From assembly GCA_048939765.1 (NCBI GenBank), contig JBHLPF010000017.1, positions 10,742 through 74,741 on the forward strand: 64,000 bases of DNA, given 5' to 3'. This document shows positions 47,723-57,806 of the stretch, piece after piece. The translations under genes and the position numbers were made by a program. The first letter of the stretch is position 1, and each line of letters begins with the position of its first letter. This DNA comes from Promethearchaeota archaeon. Its GTDB lineage: Archaea > Asgardarchaeota > Thorarchaeia > Thorarchaeales > Thorarchaeaceae. Under the pieces are notes generated by a model that was not told the origin of the DNA, made no database searches, and saw only the letters and a list, made by a program, of their open reading frames with translations.

Positions 47723-48811
47723 GTGGTGGAGATAGAATTGGTGATTAGGGGAATAGCTTTCATCCATCAACCTCTATCTGACTCGCATGCCCAACCGTTC
47801 CCCAAGCCAAATATCGAAGCGTTCGAAACTCCGCTGAGAATTCAGGTGGCTTACAAGTACCTTGAAGAAAGTGGCGTGCTTAGAGAGATGAAAGTATGCG
47901 AAGCAAATCGTGCCAAGCTTGATGACGCACTGCTAGTTCACTCGCCATACCTTGTTCATACAGTTGAGATAATGTCAGACTTGGGAAGTGGATATCTTGG
48001 CGAATCATCATACGCGAGTCCTGGCTTGCTTCGCTCTGCATTGCATGCCCTTGGCGGCGCAATTCAATCTGCAAAGCTTGTATCAGAAGGTGACACCAGA
48101 CATGCCTTCGCATTGGTACGGCCGCCTGGACATCATGCATCGACTTCAACTTCGATGGGTCTATGCTACTTCAACAACATTGCCGTTGCTGCGAGGACTG
48201 TGATTGCAAGAGAGGACGTAAATCGAATTACGATTCTTGATATTGACAATCACTTTGGAAATGGGACAGCAGAGATATTCTATGCGGATCCGAATATCCA
48301 GTATATCTCTGTGCATGAATATGACTACGAGAATTTTGGCGTAGGACACTTTGACGAGATTGGATGTGGTAAGGGGAAGGGAAAGACCATCAACATACCC
48401 CTTGTTGAAACGAGCCCTAACATATCCTATGAGTCGGCATTGAAGCAGATAGTAACTCCAGCTTTAGAAAGCTTCAAACCAGACATCATAGGAGTCTCTG
48501 CTGGATTCGATGCGCACTATGCGGACCCAGTAGGAAACATGGATGTCGATTCGAGAACCTACTGGCTCATTGGAAAGCTCGTGGAGAAGACTGTGTCTGC
48601 GTTGAGAATGAAGGGTTCATTTTGGATTCTTGAAGGAGGATACAATCCATTTGTGCTTGGTTCAAGCATAAGAGCGAGTCTGGAGGGCCTGCAAAGCAAG
48701 AAACTCCCTCAACTCGATGACCAGGTCGATCGCGAGAGGCACGAGATGGTAATAGAGTCCAATGAGGAGATTATTGAGAAGGTCTTGGAAACAGTCTCAC
48801 CCTATTTCTGA
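47723..48811 (+). CDS. Zn-dependent histone deacetylase family protein
   Basis: RPPGHHA, GLCYFNN, DIDNHFGNGT, SAGFDAH, LEGGY. Confidence 0.93.
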   Translation: MVEIELVIRGIAFIHQPLSDSHAQPFPKPNIEAFETPLRIQVAYKYLEESGVLREMKVCEANRAKLDDALLVHSPYLVHTVEIMSDLGSGYLGESSYASPGLLRSALHALGGAIQSAKLVSEGDTRHAFALVRPPGHHASTSTSMGLCYFNNIAVAARTVIAREDVNRITILDIDNHFGNGTAEIFYADPNIQYISVHEYDYENFGVGHFDEIGCGKGKGKTINIPLVETSPNISYESALKQIVTPALESFKPDIIGVSAGFDAHYADPVGNMDVDSRTYWLIGKLVEKTVSALRMKGSFWILEGGYNPFVLGSSIRASLEGLQSKKLPQLDDQVDRERHEMVIESNEEIIEKVLETVSPYF

Positions 48812-48914
48812 GGAAGGTAAGCAACAATTTGCTAGGACTGCCAAATAGTTCCATGCACAACGTTTTAAGGCCACACAACTTGGGCGATTTCAGAACCAGC
48901 AATGGTGAGCATAT

Positions 48915-49202
48915 TTGGGTAAAAAGAGAAAATCCGGTGGCCGAAGCAAGGGCAGCGCAGGAAAGTCCAAGACCGTCCAGTGCTCCAAATGTGGACGAAT
49001 TGTCCCAGCTGATAAGGCCAAGAGATATACAAAGCGGGTATCGGCTGTGGATCCACAGCTTGCACGTGAACTCCGCCAACAAGGGAGTTTCATTCAAACC
49101 CGTAAGACCACAGCATATTACTGCATCAGCTGCGCAGTGCACTCTGGAAAGGTCCAGATTCGACAAGCAACTGAGCGGAAAACAAAACCTGGCCGCCGCT
49201 AA
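48915..49202 (+). CDS. rps26e: 30S ribosomal protein S26e (eS26)
   Basis: KKRKSGGRSKG, VQCSKCGRIVPADKAK, YCISCAVH. Confidence 0.96.
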   Translation: MGKKRKSGGRSKGSAGKSKTVQCSKCGRIVPADKAKRYTKRVSAVDPQLARELRQQGSFIQTRKTTAYYCISCAVHSGKVQIRQATERKTKPGRR

Positions 49203-49277
49203 TAGACTAAACACAACATGTCAGATATTACTGTCTCGCGTACATCGAGGGACCCATCATATTAGCTGGTTCTCCAA

Positions 49278-49880
49278 ATGATGGAACAAGTAACTCATCT
49301 GAGATTCATTTTGTATTTGCCTCAACTCGCTGAAGCTGGGAGCTTCCATCTCAAAGACTTGCCAGGATCAGGAAAAAGAATAGACGTTCTATGCCGCTCT
49401 CTGGCCGCATGTTTCGACTGGGGACCTTCAACTCTTGATAAATCCAGATTAGAGGTTATTGCCCTTGATGGTAAGGCAGCTTGTCTTCGAATCAGAGATC
49501 CAGATACAGATTTGCCAAGGGGGGAGGTCTGGTGGGCAAGTGCAGTCAAAGATGCATTGAACGGAGATCCTCCTCCGTTCATAGATGTTGAAAATCAGAC
49601 CTTGGAGAGCCTCTTCAAGGAAATCTTGGCCAATGACGATGAACGCCTATGGGTGCTAGATGAAACCGGTAAAGCCTTACTCGAAGAGAATGAGTCGATA
49701 TTGAATGCTCAGAACAGCTTCGTCATTGGGGGATATAGAGGATTTGATTCTGAGGCGCTGAAAGCCTTTGATGACCACAGCATTTATCGACTCTCTCTAG
49801 GAACAAATAGCTACCTTACGAGTCATTGCATTGCAGCGATAATATCAATATATGAAGAGATGATTCATGATGTCAGGTGA
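49278..49880 (+). CDS. trmY: tRNA pseudouridine(54)-N1-methyltransferase (SPOUT)
   Basis: LKDLPGSGKRIDVLCR, FVIGGYRG, LSLG...SHCI. Confidence 0.8.
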   Translation: MMEQVTHLRFILYLPQLAEAGSFHLKDLPGSGKRIDVLCRSLAACFDWGPSTLDKSRLEVIALDGKAACLRIRDPDTDLPRGEVWWASAVKDALNGDPPPFIDVENQTLESLFKEILANDDERLWVLDETGKALLEENESILNAQNSFVIGGYRGFDSEALKAFDDHSIYRLSLGTNSYLTSHCIAAIISIYEEMIHDVR

Positions 49881-49881
49881 A

Positions 49882-50217
49882 ATGTCCAAAAGGCAGTCAA
49901 GAGCGGTAGAAAGACTCGTGAACAAACTGACCAAGGAAATGCTCTGGATTTACATTCTTAGACTGCTCCAAGAAAGACCACACTATGGGTATGAGATTAA
50001 GGAACTCGTGACGAAGAGATTCGGATTTTCGCCTGCTACAGTGAGCGGATATGCAATCATTTACCGTCTACAGAGAGATGGTCTCATACAGAGTCAAGCG
50101 TCTGGTGATTCAACAAGAAAATACTACGAGATAACGGAGAAAGGCATTGAAGCAATGATACTTGCCAAGGATTTCCTCTCTTCAACCATATCAAGAGTGT
50201 TCGATGTCACCGAGTAA
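49882..50217 (+). CDS. PadR family transcriptional regulator
   Basis: ILRLLQERPHYGYEI, RKYYEITEKG. Confidence 0.93.
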   Translation: MSKRQSRAVERLVNKLTKEMLWIYILRLLQERPHYGYEIKELVTKRFGFSPATVSGYAIIYRLQRDGLIQSQASGDSTRKYYEITEKGIEAMILAKDFLSSTISRVFDVTE

Positions 50218-51108
50218 TTAGCGAATAGTGATTCCCTCAAGTATTTGCTCAGTCCTCTGTTGAATAACATTGCGTTCCAATCTGAAATCGATACCTGCGG
50301 GGGACTCAACAACAATGCTTGCAACGGCTGAGGCGAAGGCTCCGCATTCTGAGATTGGATTTTCTTCTAGCATCTTTGCAGCAAAAGCGGCCAGATATGA
50401 ATCGCCTGCGCCAATGCCATTGGCCGTATTGATTTTGTAAGCAGGAATACGGTAGAAATCCTTTCCGTCGAACGCAATACTACCTTCATCCGAAAGCGTG
50501 ACTATTCCTAAGTCGGATCCTGATTCAACCAGCATCTCAACAGCCAGAAAGGGATCATCTTCACCCGTCAATATCTTGGACTCTAGACGATTTGGCTTCA
50601 CAACATCAATGAAGCCTAGTATTTCGCCTGCTACGCGATGATTCCCCATAAGTCGGACTCGATTGTCATCACTAACTCTCCTAAACCGGGGGTCGAGAAG
50701 AATGATTGAGTCAGAAGAGTCATGCAGCCATTCAATAAACTCAGCGTGAATCTCACGAAGTACTGGGCTGAGCAAAATCATCTTTGCCCTTAGGAATTCA
50801 TCTGGAATGTCGCGAATTCTTATCTCATTCCTTGTTCCGATCAAGTTCGCGAATTCGTTCCCTTTTAGGTCTAGAGCGACTTGAAACCTACTAGTTTCAT
50901 CAGATTCAGTCAAGAAGAACTCGATATCGTGTCTGTCAAGGACCTGAGTTGCCTCACTCAGGAACTCATTACCAACAGTTCCCACTAATGCGACATTCTC
51001 GATCCCCAAATTCGCCGCTGTGACTGCGGTATATACAGCTCCACTTGCTAGCACCATGGAGCCATTCTCATAATAGGCTGGATTGCCAATGACAACAATG
51101 TCATACAT
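50218..51108 (-). CDS. PfkB family carbohydrate kinase
   Basis: KPNRLE, VTLSDEGS, GAGDSY. Confidence 0.9.
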   Translation of the reverse strand: MYDIVVIGNPAYYENGSMVLASGAVYTAVTAANLGIENVALVGTVGNEFLSEATQVLDRHDIEFFLTESDETSRFQVALDLKGNEFANLIGTRNEIRIRDIPDEFLRAKMILLSPVLREIHAEFIEWLHDSSDSIILLDPRFRRVSDDNRVRLMGNHRVAGEILGFIDVVKPNRLESKILTGEDDPFLAVEMLVESGSDLGIVTLSDEGSIAFDGKDFYRIPAYKINTANGIGAGDSYLAAFAAKMLEENPISECGAFASAVASIVVESPAGIDFRLERNVIQQRTEQILEGITIR

Positions 51109-51112
51109 CGGC

Positions 51113-51841
51113 CTATTCTTCACCCTCCGTTTGCAGGATGATCTTGTGCGCATATGCCAACCGTTGAACTACAGTAATGTGTGACAGTATTCCGACTATT
51201 ACTACGCACAGCGTTAGGATGTTTGTTATTCTAATAGCCACAAACAAATCCATCACAGCCCCAGGCAATATAGCCAAGAAATCAAACCAGATGTTCGTCG
51301 AGGGTAGCGCCAGTAGTAGAATCCCTGCAAAAGTGAGGATGAGCTTCTCCTGTCTCTCAGCAATGCCCACTGAGCAGTTCTCCATTCCTCCTACCGACTC
51401 TGCCTTGGCTCGTGAAAAACTTGCCATAATCATTCCGAATAACGAGAAGACTCCCCAGAACCACGGGAGATAGCTCTCGTTTGGTGTTATAATCCACCAT
51501 GCGACTGGTGTCGTCACAGTGGGTCCCATCATCAATCCCAAGATGAATAGAAACTCAGCATATCGGTCAAGAGTGTGGTCGAATGTTGCCCCGAACTTTG
51601 ATCCCAGATTTGCCGCCCGGGCAACGGCTCCATCAAACATGTCCATGACGACTGTTAGGAGCATGAGAAGAAAGCCTATCATGAGATCACCTAGAAAGAA
51701 GAAGTATGCACTCACCAGAGCAACCAACACGGTGAGTCCAGTTATCATATTTGGAGTAAGTCCAGTCCTAGCTAACACTCGCCCCACTGGCATCATGATG
51801 TTCTGATATCTTTCTCGCAGTTTTCCAAGCATGAGCTTCAC
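51113..51841 (-). CDS. CDP-alcohol phosphatidyltransferase (archaetidylinositol phosphate synthase-like)
   Basis: TPNMIT, DMFDGAVARA...FGATFDHTLDR, SRAKAE, GIAER. Confidence 0.9.
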   Translation of the reverse strand: MKLMLGKLRERYQNIMMPVGRVLARTGLTPNMITGLTVLVALVSAYFFFLGDLMIGFLLMLLTVVMDMFDGAVARAANLGSKFGATFDHTLDRYAEFLFILGLMMGPTVTTPVAWWIITPNESYLPWFWGVFSLFGMIMASFSRAKAESVGGMENCSVGIAERQEKLILTFAGILLLALPSTNIWFDFLAILPGAVMDLFVAIRITNILTLCVVIVGILSHITVVQRLAYAHKIILQTEGEE

Positions 51842-51906
51842 ATTTCCAGGACCTGGGGTCGGGCTTCGCCGATTTGACTTGCGTTAATAAACGTGTTGTG
51901 GGGTGC

Positions 51907-53574
51907 TCAAAGCACACTCGTAATGCGATTGAGAACCCAGTCATTGCCAAGAAGGTTTAGGAAGCCACCCAATCTTGGACCTGATTTTCGGGATAACAGA
52001 ACCCTATAGAGAACAACAAATGCTCTCTTATCCTTCAGGCCCACTGAACGAGCAGTTTCAAAGACTTTGCTCTGCAAATCCTCATCATCAAGAGGCTCAC
52101 CCTTCAAGACCTCAGAGAATCTTCGAAGAAAATCGCGGTCATTATCAGTTAGAGTGTTTATAATCTCCTTAGGCACAGATTCCGAAACCTCGACCTTGTC
52201 ACGGTCGGTTCCATACTCATGGGCCCAAGTTTTTGCCCGATGGAGTCTGATTTGAATCAGCTCTCTTGCTTCAGGGGGTACTGCATCGAGTCCATGCTGC
52301 TTCTTGAGTACTTGCTCGCATCTCTCGAGCATAGTCTTTGACCCAAGGATATCCTCCATCTGTGAGGTTATGACAGCGAATTTGAACGGTAGCTTTGGAA
52401 TATACTCCTCTGGAACATCTCCAACAAGACAAAGAGGGTACAAAAGCCGGATGTATTCGGCTCGCTCCTCAGTAGTTTCCTCAAGACCATAGTAGGCCCT
52501 CTCGAATCTATCAAAGTCATCCACCGCGTCAGGAATTCGTTCAGGTTGTAAGTCAATTGCTCTCTCAAGCGGGGGTCTTAGCACTATGTATCGATAAAGC
52601 TCAGGAGGCGCGATAGACAACCAGACCTTTGGGCTGAACACAATACCTTCAGAGGTTGACATGTCACGTCCTCCAATGCGTACCCACTCAAAAGGAACTT
52701 TCACTGGGCCCTCCCAGCCAAAGACTCGTCGTGATATCTCCAGACCAGTGTCAAAGGAACCGCCTTTCACAGAATGGTCTTTTCCTGCTGGCTCACATGT
52801 CACGTTTAGCACGTACCATTTAGCTGGCCAATCAATTCTCCAAGAGAGTTTTACTCGAAGTCCATCAAGAGGCGCTTCATCACTGTGACCACATGACGGA
52901 CATGAAAAGGATGCCTTGTCAGTAACAGGATCATAGTCTGTGATTCTGTTAACAACTATTTCCCCCTTCGCACCTGCCTGAATACGTCCACAGGAGGGAC
53001 AGAATACAGAGGCGGGATACCAATTCTTCATAGATTCGACATAGTCTGCCTTTTGTTCATCATTGAAATCACTGGCTACATATTCAATGAGTATCTCACG
53101 AATGACTTCCGTGTTCTTCAAACACAACCTAATGGCTTCCAGCATTTCCGGAGTTTCGTATAGTTTGCTTTGCCATATCACTTCTGGATTAACACCGAAT
53201 TGTGGAAATGTTTCTATGAACTCATTGGCCGCATGAGCCGCGAAACTCTCGCAACAACCAAACTCATCAGGAACCTGAGAATATGGTATTCCAAGCCAAT
53301 CTTCAAGAAGGAGTGACACACTGGCGGGAAATGAACGCACCGGATCATAGTCATCGGCCACAAAGAGAGTCCTTGCCTTCTTTCCAGCTTCGATGAGTTT
53401 TCGTTTGATGACATCAGCTATTATGAGCTCGCGGACGAACCCAATGGGGATGCTACCACTTATGCTCTTCCCGGTAGAAACCAAGTACTCGTCGACGTCG
53501 CGTTCTAGAACAGTGTCGACCACATCACTTATCCAGTGGATGCTGTACTCATCTTCTGGAGACTCATTCGACAC
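51907..53574 (-). CDS. lysS: Class I lysyl-tRNA synthetase
   Basis: ADDYDP, CPSCG Zn knuckles, KLSWRIDWPAKW, EPAGKDH, GPRLG; HIGH/KMSKS equivalents are PIGF/DMSTSEG. Confidence 0.93.
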   Translation of the reverse strand: MSNESPEDEYSIHWISDVVDTVLERDVDEYLVSTGKSISGSIPIGFVRELIIADVIKRKLIEAGKKARTLFVADDYDPVRSFPASVSLLLEDWLGIPYSQVPDEFGCCESFAAHAANEFIETFPQFGVNPEVIWQSKLYETPEMLEAIRLCLKNTEVIREILIEYVASDFNDEQKADYVESMKNWYPASVFCPSCGRIQAGAKGEIVVNRITDYDPVTDKASFSCPSCGHSDEAPLDGLRVKLSWRIDWPAKWYVLNVTCEPAGKDHSVKGGSFDTGLEISRRVFGWEGPVKVPFEWVRIGGRDMSTSEGIVFSPKVWLSIAPPELYRYIVLRPPLERAIDLQPERIPDAVDDFDRFERAYYGLEETTEERAEYIRLLYPLCLVGDVPEEYIPKLPFKFAVITSQMEDILGSKTMLERCEQVLKKQHGLDAVPPEARELIQIRLHRAKTWAHEYGTDRDKVEVSESVPKEIINTLTDNDRDFLRRFSEVLKGEPLDDEDLQSKVFETARSVGLKDKRAFVVLYRVLLSRKSGPRLGGFLNLLGNDWVLNRITSVL

Positions 53575-53622
53575 CTGACTGTCACCATGTTCAACCTTAG
53601 TCCTATGCTAAAGAAGATTGCT

Positions 53623-55476
53623 CTAGACGGAGAACTCAGTGACACGAAGTTCTGATTTGCTCTGGAAAAGCAGGTATACAGGGACAGCAGCCAGGATTAC
53701 AACTATCAAAAGAGCAACAAGTGTAGTGACCATTGAAACTGGCAGATAGAGAAGAGAGGGGACTGCTGCCTCAGGAATCAGGAAGTAAATGCTGAAGAGA
53801 GTAGCTACGAACACTGCTGGAATTCCTGATTTCATGCCAATATCAGTGCCCTCAGCAATCATGACCTTGACGATAAATGATGGTTTGGCACCGATTGATT
53901 TCATTATGATGTAGTCACGCAGTCTGCCGAATACGGATACAAGAAGGTAATTCATCAGACTAAGAAAAGCGCTCAGCAATGCCATTATTGGGAGTGGTTG
54001 AAGTAACAACCAGAATGCACCAATCGTTTCTAGGTTTTCTTCCAAGAGGTCTTGTTGGAGATAAATTCCAAATCCATACTCCTGCGCGAAACTCTCAATC
54101 CGAGCTATCGTCGTAGAATCGTATCTTTCAAGTTGAACCAAGACGAGGTTCGCTCCTGAAGCCCCAAGAAGGACCTGCATCAGTTCCAAATCCATAAAAG
54201 CTACCGCACCGCCATTCAGAATATCAAAGGCAACGGCACTGACATTGAGCGACGAGCCGCTGACCTCCAGTTTTTGCACAAGAGGATCATCGTACATCGT
54301 AGCGGCAATCTGGCCGCCAATCCATACATCGAGGTCTGAACTGACTTCTTGTCCGTCGAAGAACCAATTTGACACTGTGGAATCCCAATCGAGACCCACA
54401 ATTAATGCTGTGCCCTGTCGTCCTTGACCTATGCTCTCATATTGGTTAAAAGTTGGATTCCATATGATGCCGGGACCCTCACGTATGTTTGCATAAGACA
54501 ACAACCTGAGGTCCACCGTTTCCACGCCTGGGAGCTCGGTCACATTTCCAATGAGATTTGAGGGAACCATGTATGAGCTATTCAGATAGTCAAACGACTC
54601 GTCCAACAGCTCGCCGCCGTTGAGAGAATATGCAGCATAATATTGGCCCAATAAGCCAGGATCACCAATGGCTACAACGTCTGAACCCATCGATCTGATG
54701 ATATATGCATCAGTGGTCGATTCTACAATGCCGCCACCAATCCATAGTATAGATGCCAACGATATACTCAGAAACAGGCTTAGCAATGTGCGGCCAGACC
54801 CCCTAAATCTACGTCCTGTACCCTTGGTAGCTATTCGAAAAGGCAGTCCAAAGGTGTCCAGATATCCCGCTCTTCTAACCTTGGACCCAATTTCAGGGTT
54901 CAGTGCAGCTATTGGAGATTCATGGACAGTATCATAGATTGGCTTTTGTGCAGCATAGAAACCGATGACGAGGTAGATTGCTGCGTATGCAAGGACCTGG
55001 AGCCATGGGAAATCAAAAGAGAAGCTGAGAGTCGGTACACGTGATGCTAGCCACGCTAAACCAAGCATGTAGACTATTGCTCCTGCAGCAATCCCAACAA
55101 TCACACTGGTTCCAAGAAGAATCAAAGCTTGAGCCATGAAGTGATCGAAAATCGTATCCATCAGCGTGCCGATTGATTTCATGAGCCCTATGTCCTTACG
55201 TCGTGTGACAACTTCTAGAGAGATTGTACTGGATACTACAACGACTCCAAGTGAAAGAGCCAGTAGAAGTGTTGCCCATATGAAGGTCTCAAAGAAGATT
55301 GCAAAAGCACCAGAAATCCCTCCAGAGGTGATAATGGAGGTCACATCAAGCAAGGCATTTCCAAATAATAGAAGGAATGTAGTGGCGGCAACTACTGTTG
55401 TCAGTGATGCGAAGATAAGAGAAGTCCTGAACGGGCGTCGCTTCAGGTCCTTTGAGGCATAGTCTTGTTCAGACAT
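53623..55476 (-). CDS. FtsX/MacB-like ABC permease (two FtsX domains)
   Basis: RRKDIGLMKSIG and RLRDYIIMKSIGAK; multiple TMs and one large extracellular loop. Confidence 0.9.
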   Translation of the reverse strand: MSEQDYASKDLKRRPFRTSLIFASLTTVVAATTFLLLFGNALLDVTSIITSGGISGAFAIFFETFIWATLLLALSLGVVVVSSTISLEVVTRRKDIGLMKSIGTLMDTIFDHFMAQALILLGTSVIVGIAAGAIVYMLGLAWLASRVPTLSFSFDFPWLQVLAYAAIYLVIGFYAAQKPIYDTVHESPIAALNPEIGSKVRRAGYLDTFGLPFRIATKGTGRRFRGSGRTLLSLFLSISLASILWIGGGIVESTTDAYIIRSMGSDVVAIGDPGLLGQYYAAYSLNGGELLDESFDYLNSSYMVPSNLIGNVTELPGVETVDLRLLSYANIREGPGIIWNPTFNQYESIGQGRQGTALIVGLDWDSTVSNWFFDGQEVSSDLDVWIGGQIAATMYDDPLVQKLEVSGSSLNVSAVAFDILNGGAVAFMDLELMQVLLGASGANLVLVQLERYDSTTIARIESFAQEYGFGIYLQQDLLEENLETIGAFWLLLQPLPIMALLSAFLSLMNYLLVSVFGRLRDYIIMKSIGAKPSFIVKVMIAEGTDIGMKSGIPAVFVATLFSIYFLIPEAAVPSLLYLPVSMVTTLVALLIVVILAAVPVYLLFQSKSELRVTEFSV

Positions 55477-56218
55477 TGGAGGACAGCACTCCATTTTCCA
55501 TATTGAGATGACGTGCGCCTTTTGTTCTGACAATAGCATTGTCGTGTGTCATCACAATCACCGATTTGCCAGACTGATGCAATACTTGCAGAAGGTCGCG
55601 TACCATCTTCGCACTCTGCATGTCCAGATTAGCTGTTGGTTCGTCAGCTAGGATTATTGGAGGGTCATTCGCCATAGCTCTGGCAATTGCGACCCTCTGC
55701 TGTTCACCAGAGCTTAACTGCCAAGGAAGATGATCAGTCCGTTCTTCAAGCCACACCCTCTCAAGCAGTTTGAGTGAATCATCCTGAATTTCCTCTAGAC
55801 TCTTGTCAGTCAATTGCATTGGGAACATGACGTTTTCAAGAGCAGTGAGCGTAGATATCAGGTTATAGCTCTGAAATATGAAACCAGTATTCGAAAGACG
55901 AAAAGTTGCTCTGAAGGACTCATCATAGTCACCTATTGGAACATCCATAACAAACACCCTGCCCTCTGTTGCATAGTCTATCGCGCCGATAATGTTGAGC
56001 AGAGTCGTCTTGCCGGATCCTGATGCTCCTGTAATCGCCACAAAGTCGCCCATTCCAACTTCGAGCGTGACTTTGTCGAGAGCTGTAATTTCTCGTCGCC
56101 CCAATGAGTATCTTCTCGATACCTCTAGGAGCCGCACTGCAAACTTGACTCTATCAGTGCTTACAGATTCAACTGTGTCATAGGTCTCATCAACCACCCA
56201 TGCATCATCATCTGACAT
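55469..56218 (-). CDS. ABC transporter ATP-binding protein (LolD type)
   Basis: GASGSGKT, LSSGEQQRVAIARA, DEPTANLD. Confidence 0.95.
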   Translation of the reverse strand: MSDDDAWVVDETYDTVESVSTDRVKFAVRLLEVSRRYSLGRREITALDKVTLEVGMGDFVAITGASGSGKTTLLNIIGAIDYATEGRVFVMDVPIGDYDESFRATFRLSNTGFIFQSYNLISTLTALENVMFPMQLTDKSLEEIQDDSLKLLERVWLEERTDHLPWQLSSGEQQRVAIARAMANDPPIILADEPTANLDMQSAKMVRDLLQVLHQSGKSVIVMTHDNAIVRTKGARHLNMENGVLSSNV

Positions 56219-56255
56219 ATTTGGGGAATCTCCTGTGCCAATCTAACACAATGTT

Positions 56256-56282
56256 AGGTCATCCTGACCTGACCTCAGGTCA
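56256..56282. promoter_or_regulatory. Cluster of four AGGTCA/TGACCT hexamers, candidate operator
   Basis: AGGTCA 56256, TGACCT 56265 and 56270, AGGTCA 56277; about 25 nt downstream of a minus-strand TTTATC. Confidence 0.5.
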
Positions 56283-56317
56283 GCTCTGGTTGAAAGATAA
56301 ATCTAGAGGTATCTCAA

Positions 56318-57115
56318 TTACTGTACTAGTAGGCCAAGAGAGAGTATAGAACTTTGAGCCCAATCGCTTAGTACAAGAGGCTTCTCCCGTCCAAAGACGC
56401 GAATGGTTCGGAGGATATCGGCGTCAACTAGTCCACTCACATAGTAGCTTACGAGGCTTTTGTCAACTGAGAGTGTCCTACTCAATTCAGCCTGTGTGAT
56501 TCTACCGTTGCTGGCACATTCCATCAAGATTGAATGAATCGTTGGATTTCTAGAGAATGCTGCTAATCGCAATACGTGATCCTCTGAGGAATAGCCATTA
56601 AGGAACAAGTGCCTGGCATTGCCGTTCCTAACAGATACTATCATCTCTTCATTCTCAAGATTGTTTAGATGATATTGAAGAGCTCCCATCGCACAGCCGA
56701 TGTTTCTGTGAAGCTCTCTAAGGTGGATACCCGGATATGTGGATATTTCATCAATAACACGGTCACGTAGCTTCTGAAGTTGTTCTTGATCCCTTCTTTC
56801 AAGGGTGATAGTACCTAATGCTAGGACCAGAGAGCCCGATATAATAGAGCTGGATAGACCATCAAAGGAAACTACTAAGGTGCCAATTCCAGACATCAAT
56901 GAACTCGCACGGAAATCAATTGTTGATGTGTTATGCAGCCATAGCATGCTGATATGAATGTCCATGACAGGTGCTGCCGAAGAATCAGAAACCTCCTGAG
57001 CAATGATGTGAGCGTTAGCTGGGCCAAAACTGGAGAGAACTAGACCTGTTAGACTTGTCGCGAGTAGAAGGAATGACAGTCCAACTATGAAGTTCCTGAA
57101 AATCCTTGAGCCCAT
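56318..57115 (-). CDS. Membrane-anchored double winged-helix transcriptional regulator (COG3398-like)
   Basis: N-terminal TM(s); PGIHLRELHR...ALQYHL and ITQAELSRTL...VSYYV. Confidence 0.85.
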   Translation of the reverse strand: MGSRIFRNFIVGLSFLLLATSLTGLVLSSFGPANAHIIAQEVSDSSAAPVMDIHISMLWLHNTSTIDFRASSLMSGIGTLVVSFDGLSSSIISGSLVLALGTITLERRDQEQLQKLRDRVIDEISTYPGIHLRELHRNIGCAMGALQYHLNNLENEEMIVSVRNGNARHLFLNGYSSEDHVLRLAAFSRNPTIHSILMECASNGRITQAELSRTLSVDKSLVSYYVSGLVDADILRTIRVFGREKPLVLSDWAQSSILSLGLLVQ

Positions 57116-57197
57116 TGTCTATCTTCCGCCTGTCATTATGTGTCTATCAATATCAATTAAGCGATTAGAATGATTAAGGAACGTACTACATTTCAAC

Positions 57198-57776
57198 TTA
57201 TCCACGTGTAGGATACGTGAGTGTTATCTTGAACCTGCAGGCATCACCCTTGGCAGACATGCACGTGTCTTCTACAATGATTAGCTTCTCATGGCCCATT
57301 CTGTTGTAGTCTGTAAGGTACTCCATCACAGCTTCTATGAATCCTCTGAGGAAGTAGCAAGATGGTTCTTCCGCCTCATAGCCAGATGCATAGGGATTAT
57401 CTTGAATCCGAATGATTGCCTCCTCATCTAGGAATAGCTTGTACAGGTTCTCAATCTCAACTTCGCCAAATGGCACAATCAATGTCTTGAGTGCCATTCT
57501 TAGAAACTCAACAATTCCCTTGAAATCACCTGGAGGCTTCTGATTTGCGACTTTGAAGTATTCACCCTGTGCCTCCAGACCAGCTAGTCTACCGGCACTG
57601 TAATAGAGGTCCTTGAGACGATCAGGGAACATCACCTCGATACGATTCCCAATCTTATTCCATGTCTTGGCGAAGAACGCTCTCATGAGGTCTTTTTCTT
57701 TGAGCCGGCTTTGCCACCAAGGAATAACGGCGTCTCGCTTAGACATTACAACGTCTCCGAAGTTGGATGAACGCAT
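57198..57776 (-). CDS. V4R domain protein
   Basis: YYSAGRLAG, PFGEV, PSCYFLRGFIEA, EDTCMSAKGDACRF. Confidence 0.88.
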   Translation of the reverse strand: MRSSNFGDVVMSKRDAVIPWWQSRLKEKDLMRAFFAKTWNKIGNRIEVMFPDRLKDLYYSAGRLAGLEAQGEYFKVANQKPPGDFKGIVEFLRMALKTLIVPFGEVEIENLYKLFLDEEAIIRIQDNPYASGYEAEEPSCYFLRGFIEAVMEYLTDYNRMGHEKLIIVEDTCMSAKGDACRFKITLTYPTRG

Positions 57777-57806
57777 TAGCGGTGTTAAGTTCTTTGTTTA
57801 GACCTA

